In this document: positions 25,120-39,641 of the stretch, in pieces
Position numbering within the stretch: position 1 is the first letter of the stretch
How the letters are laid out: each line of letters starts with the position of its first letter
Origin: Sphyrna mokarran
Lineage: Eukaryota
Direction of reading: 5' to 3'
NCBI GenBank assembly: GCA_024679065.1
Contig: JAGIQG010000014.1
Coordinates: 6,882,001 to 6,946,000 of the forward strand
Length of the DNA: 64,000 bases
Notes under the pieces: generated by a model
The model's database searches: none
What the model saw: only the letters and a program-made list of their open reading frames with translations
What the model was told of the DNA's origin: nothing
Program-made: the position numbers and the translations under genes

Positions 25120-26140
25120 CAAACATCTTCAGCTGCTTCATCGTGACCTTTCTTCCACTACAAGGTCAGAAGGTGAATGATCATTCATGACTCCACGATA
25201 TATAATATCACACGTGAATCTTCAGATATCATGACAGCCCATGTCCAATTACAACAAGATATGGACAACATCCAGGTTCGGATTGTCACCTGGCAAATAA
25301 TGGCTGCGTCACACAAGTTTCAGGGAATGACCCCCTACAACAATACATAATCTGAGCACTTCCCCCTCGACATTCGATGCTATCACTGAGTCTGCAAATA
25401 TGAGCTTCAACCATAAACACAATCTGAACGAACGAGTGATATGAAAATAAAATTTAACAACACTCAGCAGGGCTGGCAACTTCCGTCGAGGGAGAAAACA
25501 GCCTAGAATTCCCTACGTTTGCTTCATATTCCAGCATCCACTCTATTTTGCTTATTTTAGCAAGCAAATAACGTCCAAAAGAGCAGATCAGCGTTTAGAG
25601 ATCCTGAGGTGATTAATTGACCTCTTGACTCCCAAAATCTGATGCACTATTTATATGTTGATGGAGTGATGAAATACTCTCCACTTTCTTGCACGAGACA
25701 ACACCAAAGACACTCAAGATGCTCTAGACAATGCAGGACGAAGCAGACGGTTGGAATGCTGACGCGTCCACAAAATGTTAATTAATTTTACCGCAGATGC
25801 GCTGTAGCAGCCTTGAGCAGCAACTCACCAGGCACTTTACACAGAATTGTACAAAACCCTCGACTACTACCATCTAGAAAGTCAACAGCAGCAGATATAT
25901 GGGAACGCTGCCATCTTAGTGTTCTCTTAGTCGTCGACCAAACTTAGTGGAAATTTATAGCCGTTCCTTCAATGTAGTTGTACCAAAATCTTGGAATTCT
26001 CTTTTCTTCTACCAGCACTGTGGGTGCACTTATAACTTGGACCGCAGCGAATCAGGAAGACAGCTCACCACCCTCATCCGCAGGGCAAAGAGGAATGAAC
26101 AATAAAGGACATCAACGCACACATCTCACAAATGAACAAA
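25120..26140 (+). mobile_element. Decayed L2/CR1-group LINE relic in intron of gene 3
   Basis: Duplicate of 1340-2352. Confidence 0.6.
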
Positions 26141-26920
26141 ATAAATGCGACCAAACAAATGTTTCATTTCTATTTAGTAGTTCGCTGTGCTGCCGTTTTG
26201 AGAATTAAAACCATCTGGCACGAGGCTTGTGTCAGTTCATGCATCGACCAATTGTATAAGTGAGCGCGGTGGCACGGTGGGGCAATCGATTGAATTTAGT
26301 GTATTACGTTTACTTGAAGAGAGAGTGTCTCAAGAACGGCATCCAGTATCAGGGATACCCAATAGTATTTCAAATAAATCAGAGAGATGACAATAATAGC
26401 TATAGAAATAAATACAAGACTGTGGGATTCTACTGTTTATCGTCAGCGTAAGGGAACGGTCGGGCACAGAAAGGGAAATAATGGGCCGGGAAAACTGACT
26501 TGCATCCCTGAGGGGAAGAGCAGCCTCCTGAACAGGTTTTTTCCCCCTTGAAATATATTCCAATGATTTTTTGCTTTCCGGAGATGCCGCATATCGTGCT
26601 ATTGTCATCTTAATAGGGTAAGAAAATAGATTGTCATTGCAAATAAATCGCATACAGACCTATGAACTGTTGGAAGGGCGGAGAATCAGCCTCGATCTCT
26701 GTAAATGTGGGCAGGGAAGTTAAACTCCAAGTGTCACATTTTTCTGAGCTGAACCGCGGCTCACAGACCATGCGAACAGTTGAGACTCTCACTGCTATTC
26801 AACAATTTATCTCGGCAGAAAGAAAAAACATTGCAATAATGACCTTTTCGCATTCAGTTGCTGAATCAGTGAGCAGTGAGATATTCCGCAACTATGAAGC
26901 AAAATGCTATATTCACTTAC

Positions 26921-26990
26921 CGGGAGCACCAAAAGTTGCCAGCACTGGATAGAAAATTTCCTTGATCTGTAGAATTAATGGGAAGGCCAT
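26921..26990 (-). CDS. GPCR gene 3 exon 1 (MAFPLILQIKEIFYPVLATFGAP)
   Basis: ATG at 26990, donor CCG|gtaagt at 26920, intron 23227-26920. Confidence 0.9.
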
Positions 26991-28359
26991 TGTGATTTCG
27001 AAAAGAATGCAAACGTTTCACTAGATGCACAGTTGTATGTCTGATTCGTAAGTTCTCCCTTTTGCACGGTAATATGTTCCCTGGGGGTGGGGGGGGGGGT
27101 AATTGCGTCAGTTTCAGCAACTGAACGTAAAAGGTCCCTTCCCTCTGGAGGGAATGCTGGTTGGCCAATCGACACACTGTCAGTCCATGAAGCTCCGTCA
27201 ATTAACATAAGTGATCAGAATAGAGTCCCCGATCACATGCGTTCTGTGCTGTTTCCCAGAGGATAGAATTGAACATCCACATTGACACAATGTTTGATTC
27301 TGCCAACTTCATCATGCACTTATTTAAAAGCACGCATTGAATGCACAGCTTAAATGTATTTCGCTCCTCTTTCCCTAACTTTTCAGTTGATGTGCACTGT
27401 GATAATTAGTGATGAATCGACGTTTCTATTTGAGACAATTATCTTACTTTCTTGTGTCTTTACTACAGTCTGAATTGTAGGAACTAAACTACAAATTTAC
27501 CACTAGTGTTAATCTTCCATTAACATTGCTAACCTAACTTAAATATGTATGACCTACTGAATCATTACCTGAGATGATACTATTTCACAGTGTCCCGTGC
27601 CAACCCGTGAAATATAGATTAGGTTTGGTATTATTCTTTGTCATCCGCCTGACCCACCAGCAAGAATTTGAGATCCAGCGTTTGACACAGCTTGATGGAC
27701 ACGTTGCATCGCTCTGAACGAGTGACAGCAAGCTCCTGCTGGCGATTGATCTCAGTGCAGCCGAGCTACAAAGAAAATTTCGGAATGCTTTGCAGGATTT
27801 TATTGACCTCAGCTGAAACTTTACCTATTTGACATTTCAATCCAACAGCAAGCCATTTGGATATTTCCTTGTCGTGCGGACACGATATGTCATCCAATGA
27901 AACGGTTTTGTACGAGTCTTCCCTGACCACTTAGACAGTATTTAATTTGACCAAACGTTTGTCGTCCCTCGACGAGCAATGCCTCCATTGTAACTCTTGA
28001 TTCTTAAATTCAAATCCCTCATGGCTATGCTGTTGCCCATCTCAATCATGGCTTCCATCCAAAGATTTACTAAGCTTTACGGTTTTCTTATCTTGGCATT
28101 TTGGGCATTGCTCGAATTTGGCATTCGGATTTTCAACTGAATTGATCCAAATCACGAGTTTTTTTTTCCCCCTAAAGAATCTGTAGCAATCCTTTGTATT
28201 TGAACAAGATTTTGTTGCAAGAGCTGATGTCTCCTTCCATGGCCAGAGTCAGTGTTTTTGCCATGTATTGACAACTCTCTTAACAAGAAAGTTGGAAATT
28301 TGGTTCCTTTAATGACGCTTCAAAGGCAAGCTGCTCTTGCGACGAATAATATCAATTAT

Positions 28360-28600
28360 ATTTAACTCTACTTAGAGGATGCATACGATCAAACGAATAG
28401 GAATCTGGACTATGCCCTTCAAAGTCTGCTCGGCCATTTAATAAGTTTCAGGCTGATCTGTTTGTAACTACCACCCCATATTTCTCCCAACCCCCCATTA
28501 CCTTTCACCGCCTTGATACTCAAGAAAACATCTCGCTCTGCATTAAAGTATTTCAAAGGCTCTCCTTGGATTCGGAGAAAAAGACTACGAGTGGCAAACG
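28360..28600 (-). mobile_element. Old CR1 3' end relic, deleted in duplicate copy 1
   Basis: tatgcccttcaaagtctgctcggccatttaataag...taccttt...ccttgatactcaagaaaacatctc. Minus peptide YFNAERDVFLSIKAVKG. Confidence 0.6.
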
Positions 28601-28899
28601 ACCAAATGGGAGAGAGAAACAAAATATTACCACAGCCTTCAATCAGTGACCACTTATTTCAAGCTTGCATTCCTCGTTCCAAATTTTCTTACAAGAAGGA
28701 ACATCCTCTCCACCTTCACTCAATAATGTTCTTCAGGGTGTGGAAGCTTTTGATCAAGTCATCCATTTCCCAACTGAATTCTTGTGAGTGCAAAGTTAAC
28801 TTCTCCAATCTTCCATCATGGAACAAGCCAATTATTCCTTGAACTCGTGCAGTCGACGATTATTCCTTCACCATTGAAAAAGATCATTTTTCTTTTTTA

Positions 28900-31230
28900 T
28901 CCAGACGTTACGCTGACCGTATGTGGGAGTCTCTACTGAACGTGATCTTCCCAGGTTCCAGTGTAGTGAGGACAGGACAATGCGGCTTGCAAGTGGTCGA
29001 TGGCACTATTCTCAGTCCTAGCTCTTAGTCGAGTTTTACTTGGAGCAGGTTGAAACATGATTTCTGTCTTCTTTGTACTGATGGTAAGACAGAACGTATT
29101 GCATGGAGCAGAAGAATTATGCATTGCTCACTGAAAGCATTTAGTGCACAGTCACCAGCAAATTGAAATTCATGAGGTCTATCATGGAGGGACTTCGTCT
29201 TGCCTTGGTGGCGTCGCAAATTGAAAATTTGGCTGTCTATCCCATAGTTGACTTCTGTGCCCAATCTTTGCCTCGATGGCATAAGTGCGCACGGCTGAGG
29301 TCATGAGGTTCAAGAGGACCAGTGCCAGCATGCAGCAGTGTTACATTCCATTGATGACAGGGAACGGAGCCGAAATCACATCGTCAAGGCGGAAACGGGC
29401 CTGCATGTCATTGTGCAACTGTCGAACCATCTGATTGAGTTAGTCTGGAAACCCAAACTTGTTCATAATCTTCCAGAGCCTTTCGCTGCTGTCAATATCG
29501 TAGCCTTGGCTAGATCGATGAATTTGATGCATTGTTCAGCATTTTGTTTTGGATACTTCTCCTGCATTTGGCTAGGAACACATGCCATGTTGATAATTTC
29601 AATTCCTCCTTTTCCCTTACACACACTGGCTCTCTGGAAAGAACCCTGCTCCGATGAATTGGTTTAGAAACTTTTTGCAAATTCCTTTCCGAAATAATCA
29701 GCACATCTCGTCAGTTGTGTTTGTCACGGGATTGGAATTCTACTTTATGTTTGCAGATGTGAGCAAACAAGTAGTCATTGAAATATTGCGGGAGGACCGT
29801 TTGCTCCCATGTGAACTTCAGAGCTTGCTGTGCTTTCTGAGCCTCTATGATGCATTATATCTATAGATGTTTGCTGGAATTTGATCGGCTCCAGGGGTTT
29901 TGTCGTTTGATAATTGCTCTTAACCGTTCTCACTTTCAACGAGTGTCGGTGCAGTGCGAAGACAAGCGCTGGTATTGACCTGGGAATGTTTATTTATTGC
30001 TTCAAGATTAATATAGGATGGTGAATTGAGGACATTGTTGAAAGCCACAGCCGTCTCGAACATCAGAAATTATACTTTGAGAAATATCGTCTCAGAATCG
30101 TTGCAATATCAGAGTACAATTTCCTGGGTGAGCCCTAAAGAACATCAAGACAGATTCGTAGTGGTGCCTCATGCTTGTTTTTTTTTTGTCAACAAGGCTT
30201 GTGTTTCATCCGTCTTTTGTCTCAGCTGTGCATATCATGTCGTCTGCCTTGGACTGTGCTGCGAATGGTGTGATAAACAGTTCTGTATTCCTCCGGATGT
30301 TCCTTTAGGTATATTCTGTACAATTGATATTTGTCTTCAAAAGAGTGCCAGATTTCAGGGCCACTTTCATCACAACACGTCTAGTGTTTGCTTCTTCTGC
30401 GATCCAATACCTGTTAAGCTGTGGCGTACACAGTCTCCCATCAGAAACCCCAAAACTCCTCGATCTTATCGTCGGGTTTCTGCAGGTGACTTGGCTTCCT
30501 TAGATCATCAGTGAGTTGCAGTTGGACGTGGTCCTTCTTCAAGCTTGAGATTTTCAGTCGTTTGGTAATCGTATTCCCTTGAGGGCGTCACTTTATCTCC
30601 ATCTTCAGAGAAGCTTTGGAGATAACATAGTTGTGCTCAATCCAACAGCCGGTGCCATTCATGGTCTAAATCATGTTTAGATCCTGCCTGAGATCCCTCC
30701 TGACAATTATGTAGTTCATGAGAATCCAATGGCCAGTTTTCGCGTCCACTCTGTCAGGATGCCTGAATTTGACATGGAAGCCAGAAAACTGCACTGGAGA
30801 ACAGAAGTTCATGATCAGCGTTGAATTGTAAGCGGAGCAGACCATTGTTGTTTCTTTTGCCAAATGCGTTTTTCAGGAACACACCTCCCCAGGTCTGTGC
30901 TGATTAAGGCATTAAAGTTATCAATTTTTGTTCAGCTTGTCGTTGTCGCTATAGTCAGGGAGTGGGGCCTTTACAGAATCCGCGTTTGATGAATTCAGGA
31001 TTGGTTCCCCTGGGAGTGGAAGCATTGGTGATATATATTGCCTTCTTTTTTTGCTTTCTTCATTATGAAGATCATTATGATCTTGGATGACATGAGATAG
31101 TGTAGAAGGCTGCTCAAAATTTTCACCAGTTCATTTTATTTTTGTTCTAAACTCACTACAGCCTCGGGCCTGTCCTTTTCGGTTTAACAATCCCAAATTT
31201 GCTCAGAGTGGCAATGCCAACTTTGAATTG
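28900..31230 (-). mobile_element. Decayed RTE-clade LINE, duplicate copy
   Basis: Same motifs as 5040-7370. Confidence 0.85.
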
Positions 31231-33966
31231 GGATGGACCTCTCCCAAGGAGGCCAGTTTTTTTTCTCTGTTCTGGTCTGCCAGCTTGGATGTTGTGCAAG
31301 AGAATGTGTGCCTACCTTGTACCAGAAGTGAGATTTATCACATTTGTTTTCTTTCTCTCTTTGATATTGCTGCCTCTCAACTGTAGGAACGCAAAAGCGA
31401 CTTTTGTAATTCAGGCAATCTTTTGGACAGCCTTGCTAGTTCTTTCCTCAGACGATGTTTTTGAGCAGTGCTGTCTTGAAAAGGGCTGCTCAATCTCTCG
31501 ACGCTTTCAACGCTGCCTCACTTCAGTGAAAGATTACCTCATCGACTGAGCCACCTATAGGCAGATTCACAGCTGCAATCACCAATGTATTATTGAAACT
31601 GCTTTGTCGCTTACGCCACGGCTTTTGGGATTTGGATCATAGAAATATGGAGACGATTTGCGCGAGGATTTGATTTAAGTGAAGGACAGTTGCCTCACAC
31701 TCTACTCCTGCATCCATTGGCAGCACAGAATGCAGATGGCTGGACGTAAGCAGGGTGCACTGGGTGATCTTTTTGTGTCTCGTTTTGCTCATCGTGTTCC
31801 ATAACACTTTGCTTTTCATTCTGCTGAATCGTTTCTTCCACGCACTTAGCAAGACTTCGCACTCTCAGATAGGCTCGCCATGTTTCCCAGACGACCTCAG
31901 CACATCAGCTACTCTCACCTGTTTTATCCCACTCGCAGAATTTATTTGCTGTACTATGGAAGCGGCCGCGTTGAGCTTCTGGCCTGGGTCACTGTCATGT
32001 GGTCTCTGCACATTCTCCCGTCTCTTCTTGGGTTTCCTTCCGGCTTCTTCGCACTGTCAGAAAGTTTGCTGCTTTGGCGATGCTAACTTTTCCTTCAGAT
32101 TAGCCGCACAGGCACTGGAGTATGGCGACTTGGGAATTTTGATAGCCACTTCATCGCAGTGTCAATGTCAGCCGACATGTGACACTAAGAAATAAACAGA
32201 GCTTAAACTTAATTTCAGCAGCTACTTGGAGCCTAAGGTGAGGGATCAGCGCTCCCTGTTGTCCAGTGCACGTGAACTGCTCTAAAAATGCGCAACGTGC
32301 TCCTGACAGAAGTATGCACTTTTCTCCTGTCACCGTGTACACCACAAACTGCAATTAGTGCAGTTTATCTTCTCTCAAATGCTTCTAAAGTATCCGCACT
32401 TTCCTTTGATAAGGAGAGCACTTTGTGATATGCACTTTGTGATTTGCACAATTGAGAAATTTACAGAACGATCTTTCTTGTGTACATTCTGTCACAACAA
32501 GTATTATAAAAAATCCTATACACGAAATCCATTTCCATGTCGTCGTAGATTCCCATTCGTTTAGAACAGAAGAATAAGTGGGAGGAGTACACAGTTTAGC
32601 TCCTCGAACATGCTCTGGCATTCAGTACAATAATGACTAATCTTAAAAGTCTTAACTCCATTTTCCAGACAATTCTATATAAGCTTCCAACAGTTTACTA
32701 ATCATAACAATTTCTCCCGCTTAAATTTATTCGCGGTCCCGCGATCCACCGCATTTATGTGCAGTGAATTCTACAGATTCACGACTCCTTGAGAGGAATA
32801 ATTACACCTCGCCTTTGCTTAAACTTTGCTACCCTTTAGCCGAACAGTAAGGCCTCTCGTTCCAGCCTGTCTCTTCATTAGAGGCACCATTTCCACCTCT
32901 ACTTTGTAAATTTCTAATGTTCATGTGCATCATAGAAAGTCAACGAGGTACAAAGGCATGACGTACAAGTTTTAGTATCAAGGTTTGTTTAACATAATTA
33001 CATGATTCTTAAAGTTCACTCCATGTAATACAAATTTGTATTCTCTTTTCCAATGTCGAAAATATACCTCAGTCTATTCTCTTCCCACTGCCAAGCAGAT
33101 CAACTTGTTGTTCGAAAGATACTTTTACTTTTGAATAATACAACTGTAATTCAACCAATTGCTGTAATGTTGTTCTCCTTTATCGTTTCTAACAATAAAA
33201 TTGTGTTTTACAAATCATTTATTCTGCAAAGTTATCAAACAATTCGGTTTCTCTTTCTGAAGTTTGTTTTTAAATAAATTGCATATTAATCCTCAAACTG
33301 GCCCATATGCTGATTCCGCTCTGGACTTTGTTGATTTGAAATGCCTATTTTTCACTAATTAGTCGGAAATGGTGTACGATGGAAAATGCCACAAAATGAC
33401 GATTCCCCATCCCATAACTGAATTAAAACTTTTGCTCAAAACAGCCCCCAACCCCGCCTCAATTACACCATGCTCGTCTTTGCAATGACGGCATGTCCTG
33501 CCCACCATCAACCCAGAGAACCCAAAAGCACAGTTCACAAAAGTATGCAAATTCGTCGCTGCTGAACTGCTTTAATGTTTTACTTTCAACTTCTGAAAAG
33601 TATGCCTGTAATTGCTGAATTGAAATCGACAGTTACCTCATTTGAGGATGCCAGAGGAATGTTGTATATTGCGGTCTGTGTCTTGAAGTAGCATACGTAA
33701 AACTTATTGATCAGCAACGAGAGGGAAAACTCAGTCAGTTACATCTCTGAAACACTGGACAATGTGTTACTGAATAAGCCAGTCCGACTGAAGACATAGT
33801 TTATATAGATCTGCAATTGAATGTAAAGGAGCAATGCTAGTGATTGTGGATTTTGGAGTTTGGGGCGAGTGTCGGGGGTGGGGGAGTTGGAAGGAGACAG
33901 GAGTGAATAATTGGAGCCTGCAAGAGGTTGCAGCTGTTTGTTCAAAGGGGATGGGAAGTTTGTGTC

Positions 33967-34003
<37 letters not shown>

Positions 34004-35647
34004 GCGGGGTGGGATAGTGGAGAGGCCTTGAGCCTCAGATTACATTCTAGTTGTTGTTAACCAGCAGAGTGCAGATCACGGTTCCCGTGGCCTTTCCCGA
34101 GGCACTGAGAGTCCTCCGACTGTAGGCCCAGGCTTCTCGGGCGTTTCCTTTCCTCTGCAAGTCGCTCTGGAGGAATCCCCGTCTCTGAGGCTGCAGCGCC
34201 TGCTGTTGCTCACATGTAGGCAGCTGCTCCGCGTCACTTCCAGTCGGGAGTCTCCAGATTCGTAAGAATCTTCAATCAAAACTAAATGCATTCAAGCAAT
34301 ATTCCAGACTTTAAGAGAGTTGGAATGAAGTTTGAGATGCACAGATGAAAAATAAAAGATAGCTTTGAAAGTATGCTGGGCACAGCTTGCAAGAAATCGC
34401 CTCGCTCCGGCGCCATCTTGGAAGGCAAATATGGGTATGCAACGCTCTATTTTAAAATAGGTTGCATGCTAATCCTGGCAATCGCCCTTGAAGCAGTATC
34501 CATCGTGGTCATTGATGATGATTTAAAGTGACTACACACGCTACTTAGTCTGAAAAGGTGAATGCTGAAGGGTATCAAAACAGAAAAACGAAAAGAGTAT
34601 GCAACATTTACTATAGTTCTGTTTGCAGTTGACATTCTGGCTTTGTAATCCCGAGATAGCAATCCAGACACCGCTCGTATGGTGTGGATTCGGGGTTAGA
34701 ATGCCTTTACGTTTTGGAATTTGAAAACAATTTTTTTTCAAAAACCGTGTGATGACTATGAACGGATTGTTGTAAATAGCTTTCTCATTCACGTATCCCG
34801 CTAGAGAAGGGAACATGTTATCCTCATCTGTTGTGAATTCCATTCCAACCCATCGCAATCTAGTTGACTATTAAATGGGCGATATGACAGGAGCAGTAAA
34901 TTATACCGAAGTCAGCCGCGTCCCCATCCCAGTAATGGCTAAAAAGTGTTGCTCCCTCTCCCTCCTTTGTCTGTTTAATGAACCTTTGTGTATATAACAC
35001 GGGACTCTAACTGTTGGGCTTGATGTACGTACTCACTCTTCCTGATATTATTTTTTGTTTTTGCAGCGATGTTGCCCACATGACTGAGCACATTTTTGAG
35101 CAGTTCTTTAGGACAATATCATGCAAATTACATGTTGGTTGCTTCATGCCTCGATCAATAATTATTTCAGCACAGTGTCTGTGTAGTGCAACCGGTAGGC
35201 AACATTAATCGGAATGCATTCATTAACATTGTGGCAAGCAATTCCAAATGGAGGGGTCTAGGTTACTTGACTGGTATCTGCTCTGCATTTCTCCTTTCAT
35301 TGATGCAGCTGCCAAAGTATATAAGAAAGAACCTGCTGCTCACTAATGTAAAAATTCAGCAATCACCTGGAGGAAGCCAAGAATCAACTGGTGAAACTGC
35401 ACGTTTTTACATTCTCCACATTTTAAATAGAAATCAGATCCATGCATGTTGACGAATTCTGAACAGGTGGTTTCATTTGAGACAAAGTGGAACATATTGG
35501 ATAAACGCACAGTACTTGGATGAACTTGTCGTTTGGAGGGAAATGACAAGAATGGAAAGATCAAAGTGATTTTAAAATTTTTCATTTAACATTAACCTAA
35601 GGGGTCGCATGAAGCATCAGGAGGCACCTGTCGTGCACATTAATACT

Positions 35648-36610
35648 TGTGGTGTGAGGCTGCCTGTGGTCAAACGCGACTGTTGAAGTGTAAGGCACCA
35701 AATCTATGTAACAAAGCAACGATGCTGTAAGTTAGCATCACCAAGATAAGGCAGTATATGGTGTAAAGCAATTTCTGCAATTTAAGAGGCAACCAGTGTA
35801 CAGTAGAACGTACGGTGTAATGCATTAGCTGCAGAGTGAGGCGTAACCAGGTAAGGCACACATATTAAAGCGGATCCACCAGTATCAGAAGATTACTGCG
35901 TGTAAGGTTCAACATGTGGTGTGAGATAGCAACTGTGGTGTAAGGCAGTATCTGTGATATGAGGCACTACCCGTATTGCAAAACCTGTGTCATTAGTCAC
36001 TTCCTGCAATGTAAGGTCCTATCTGCGGCACAAGGCAGCATTTTTGTTGTGCAGCGGTACCAGCTTTGTAAACCTGTGGTATAATGAAGAAGCTGCAATG
36101 AAAGACATTTCCTGCAGTAAGGGCAATTCCTGTGGTGAAGGCAGTACCTGTGGAGTCCGGCAATATCTGAGGTGACATCATTCCCCGCGGTCTAAGGCAG
36201 TACATTTGTTGTAACACAGCAACTACGGCGTAAGACAGTCCTTGCGGTTCCCAGTGGTACCAGTGTTATAATCCAGATCAGAAATTTCAAGGTGTTTGTA
36301 TGAAGGTTGCCTGAACCAGTGAGGACAGTATCCACATTGGAAGGCAGCAGCTGCGGTGGAAGCCAATATCTGCAGTGTAAGGGCAAGTGGCTGATGCAAC
36401 ACAATACCTTTGGAGCAATCGGTGCCTGCGGTGTAAAGATGCTTCAGTGATGTAAGATGGAACTTCTTATGTAAGGAAGTAGCTTCGATGTAAGAGAGCA
36501 CCTATGGTGTAACAGCAACTGCAGTGCAGGGCTTCACTTGCGGTTTCCTATGGTTCCTGTGTTACAAAGTATGTCAGAAATTTCAAAGTGTTTAATGAAG
36601 TCAGCCTAAA
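35648..36610. repeat. Degenerate 19-bp minisatellite (duplicate of 11790-12750); a second block lies at ~37115-37330
   Basis: Direct comparison. Confidence 0.8.
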
Positions 36611-37339
36611 TCATATGCTTTGCACATTGAATTTGTCGCAAGTAAACTTGAGATGTTTCACATTTTTGACTTAAATGAACTACTGTGAGATTGTCACAAA
36701 AAGTTAATTTCAGAATACAGACAATACATAGAAAATTAGCAGATTATTTTTTTAGCAATTACGAGCAATAAAAGAAACAACCAAGATGTGAAATAAATCT
36801 TAACAGCTCAATGCATTGTACAAAAGCAATATGCATACCAACATATGCCTCTAGATTCGATTTAAATCAAAAATTACGTTTGCCCAATGAGTTTTCGGTT
36901 CTACAAGGCTTGTGGTTGTTAATTCTAAAGATGCCGCAATTCCAGATTTCCAACAACTCCAAAAGACTGCTTTAGGCCCAGATTAAAAATAAACAAAACA
37001 CAATTTAATCATTTGAGGACCAATTAAATGGCAGTATTCAGACACTTCGGTGTCCGTTTATTACTGCAGAAAACACGATTAAACATACATGTCTTAAATC
37101 ACAGTAGCGCCACTTCTGCAGTGTAGTTACTTGAGGTCCAAAGCAGTGCCTGGTGCAAAGTGGTACCTGTGGTGTAACACAGAATTTTTGCCTCAAGGTA
37201 CCACCTTCGCTGTAAGACAGTAACAACGATGAAAAGGATCATCTGTGTTGTGAGGCAGTAACTGTGAGGCTACGAAATGCTTGCAGTGCAGGGCAGTACC
37301 TGTGCTATGAGGTGTTACCTATGGCGTCAGAAAGTAGAC

Positions 37340-37863
37340 ATGATGTGGAGATGCCGGCATTGGACTGGGGTAAACACAGCAAGAAGTCTCACAACACCAG
37401 GTTAAAGGCAAACACGTTTATTTGGTAGTAAACGCCACTAGAACATAGAACATAGAAAATTACAGCACAGAACAGGCCCTTCGGCCTTCGACGTTGCGCC
37501 GACCAATATAAAAAGCAATGCCCCTCCAAACTAAACCATTCCCTTCTCTTCCATATACTTATCAACTAACCTCTTAAACGCCACCAAACTTGGCGCATCT
37601 ACAACTGCTGCAGGCAGGGCATTCCACTCCCGAACCACCCTTTGGGTAAAGAACCTACCTCTGATATCCGTCCTATAACTATCACCCCTTAATTTAAAGC
37701 TGTGTCCCCTCGTGCTAGCTTTTTCCATCCTAGGAAAAAGGCTATCACTGTCCACCCTATCTAAACCTCTAATCATCTTATATGTTTCGATTAGGTCCCC
37801 TCTTAGCCGCCTCCTTTCTAACGAAAACTAGCGTTCCGAGCTCTGTCCCTTCGTCAGGTGAGA
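37340..37863 (-). mobile_element. Penelope-like pLTR fragment in gene 4 3' UTR, split by a CR1 insertion
   Basis: atgatgtggagatgccggcattggactggggtaaacacag...caacaccaggttaaagg...ccacta[CR1]ctagcgttccgagctctgtcccttcgtcaggtg. Confidence 0.8.
37440..37827 (-). mobile_element. Young 5'-truncated CR1 3' end, TSD ~actag
   Basis: MIRGLDRVDSDSLFP...DKYMEEKGMV, gaacatagaacatagaa tail. Empty site ccactagcgtt at 13504-13514. Confidence 0.93.
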
Positions 37864-37992
37864 TCACCAATGGTTCTGTAGTAGGCATCAGAAGATAAAA
37901 CGGAGTGTGGAACAGTGTTTCTGATGTCCGTTATTTAAAGAGACACCACTTATTTTTGTGGCAGGAAGGCCGGCATTCAATTATGTGCTTCA

Positions 37993-38924
37993 CTATTGCC
38001 TGAACAAGAATATTAGATTTAATTTTGCCCACTTTTGCAACTTCAGAATTATTCTCCAAGGAGATTTCACGACGTTCTGCAAACCTTCCCTGAATTTAGC
38101 TTGTGTAGCTGCATAAATGAACGTGTTTGTGCATGAACTTAAATGGATGAGCATTGTTCCGGATTCAGTGGCAACATATTCAGGGGATGTGTAATCCGCT
38201 CGGACATGAACGACCATCCCACTGGCTACATCACTAACGGCTCTTGTCAGCCACAACAACAGAAAACTACTAGAAATAGTGAACAACAAAATAATAGATT
38301 TCCTTCGGTTCTGTATCTCTGCATCATTCTGATTCTCGCTGCTTTGACCCCGGAGGCCCGCACGGACTTTGCTGGACAAGAAAATCCGTCGGATTGTCAA
38401 AAAATTAAATAATAATATCAAAATGAAGGGAATCCATATCAATAAGATATTTTGTAACCGGCTGAATGCGACACCAGTGTGAGAAATATAAAAAGCCTGG
38501 CTGGGGAGTACACCCCATTGAACGCCATTTATTTTGCTTCTCTCTTTATATGCAAACCAAATGTACAAGTTCTGTAAATAGACAAGGACCGTGACTGTTG
38601 TTAAAACTGCAGCCGCTGTTCTCGTTGTACAATAGATTGTTTTCAATTTCTGACTACATATCGCAATATATCGGTCAAACGTGAATGAGACTGTAAACCA
38701 CACTGACATATACAGATTATTGCAAAGCATATATATCATTAACTTGCAAACAACAGTGTAGGAGAGGAATGAATTAGGGAAACGTTTTCTCAGAAGGTTA
38801 TACAAAATTACATTGATGAGCATCACCAACAAATCTGCTATTGCCATGGCCACCATGTAGATAGAGACACATCTGGAAAGGCCGCAATTTCCTTTGGCGA
38901 AGATCAGGATGGTCACGAGATTCG
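37993..38924 (-). CDS. GPR139-like GPCR gene 4 (B type), exon 2; CDS 333 aa
   Basis: Acceptor tttacag|CGAAT at 38925/38924, 932 nt, near-identical to gene 2. Confidence 0.93.
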
Positions 38925-39571
38925 CTGTAAAACGAGGGAAAAGAGCCAAGTAATGTAAACAGTCTGGTAACACTCAAAACATACTTTAGCGGAATATTTG
39001 CATGCAGTTTTGCTCAGTTATTGTCCTGGTCTGTTTCTATTCTATAAGCGAGAAGAGGTGATATATTTATTGAAGTCGGTCATCATAATTCAATATTTAG
39101 GTATCTGCGATGTTGTCCCCATTGCAATAATTTGATGGAGTGATGAAATTCACTTCACTTTTCTGCACGACGGAATCTCCTAAAGCAGGCAAGATGCTCC
39201 AGACAATGGGGGACAAAGCAGGCAATTGGAATGCTATCATGTCCATAGCAGCCGTGAGCAGCATTTACAGGAACTCAGCAGGCACCTTACGCATACAGAA
39301 ATCGCATACAGATCTATGAACTGGTGGAAGGTCAGAGAATCAACCTCGATCTCCATAAACGTGGGGATGGAAGTTAAACTCCAGGTGTCACACTCTCTAA
39401 GCGGAACCGCGTCTCACAGGCCATGAGAGCCATTGAGACTCTTACTGATATTCAACAATTTTGCTCGGTTGAGAAAAGACATTGCAATAATAATGTTCTC
39501 ACATTCGGTTGTTGAATCAGTGAGCATTGAGATCCTCCACAACTATGAGACAACATAGTATATTGACTTAC

Positions 39572-39641
39572 CGGGAGCACCAAAAGCTGCCAGAACAGGA
39601 TAGAAAAGTTCCTTGATCTGCAGAATTAATGGGCGAGCCAT
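39572..39641 (-). CDS. GPCR gene 4 exon 1 (MARPLILQIKELFYPVLAAFGAP)
   Basis: ATG at 39641, donor CCG|gtaagt. Confidence 0.9.
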
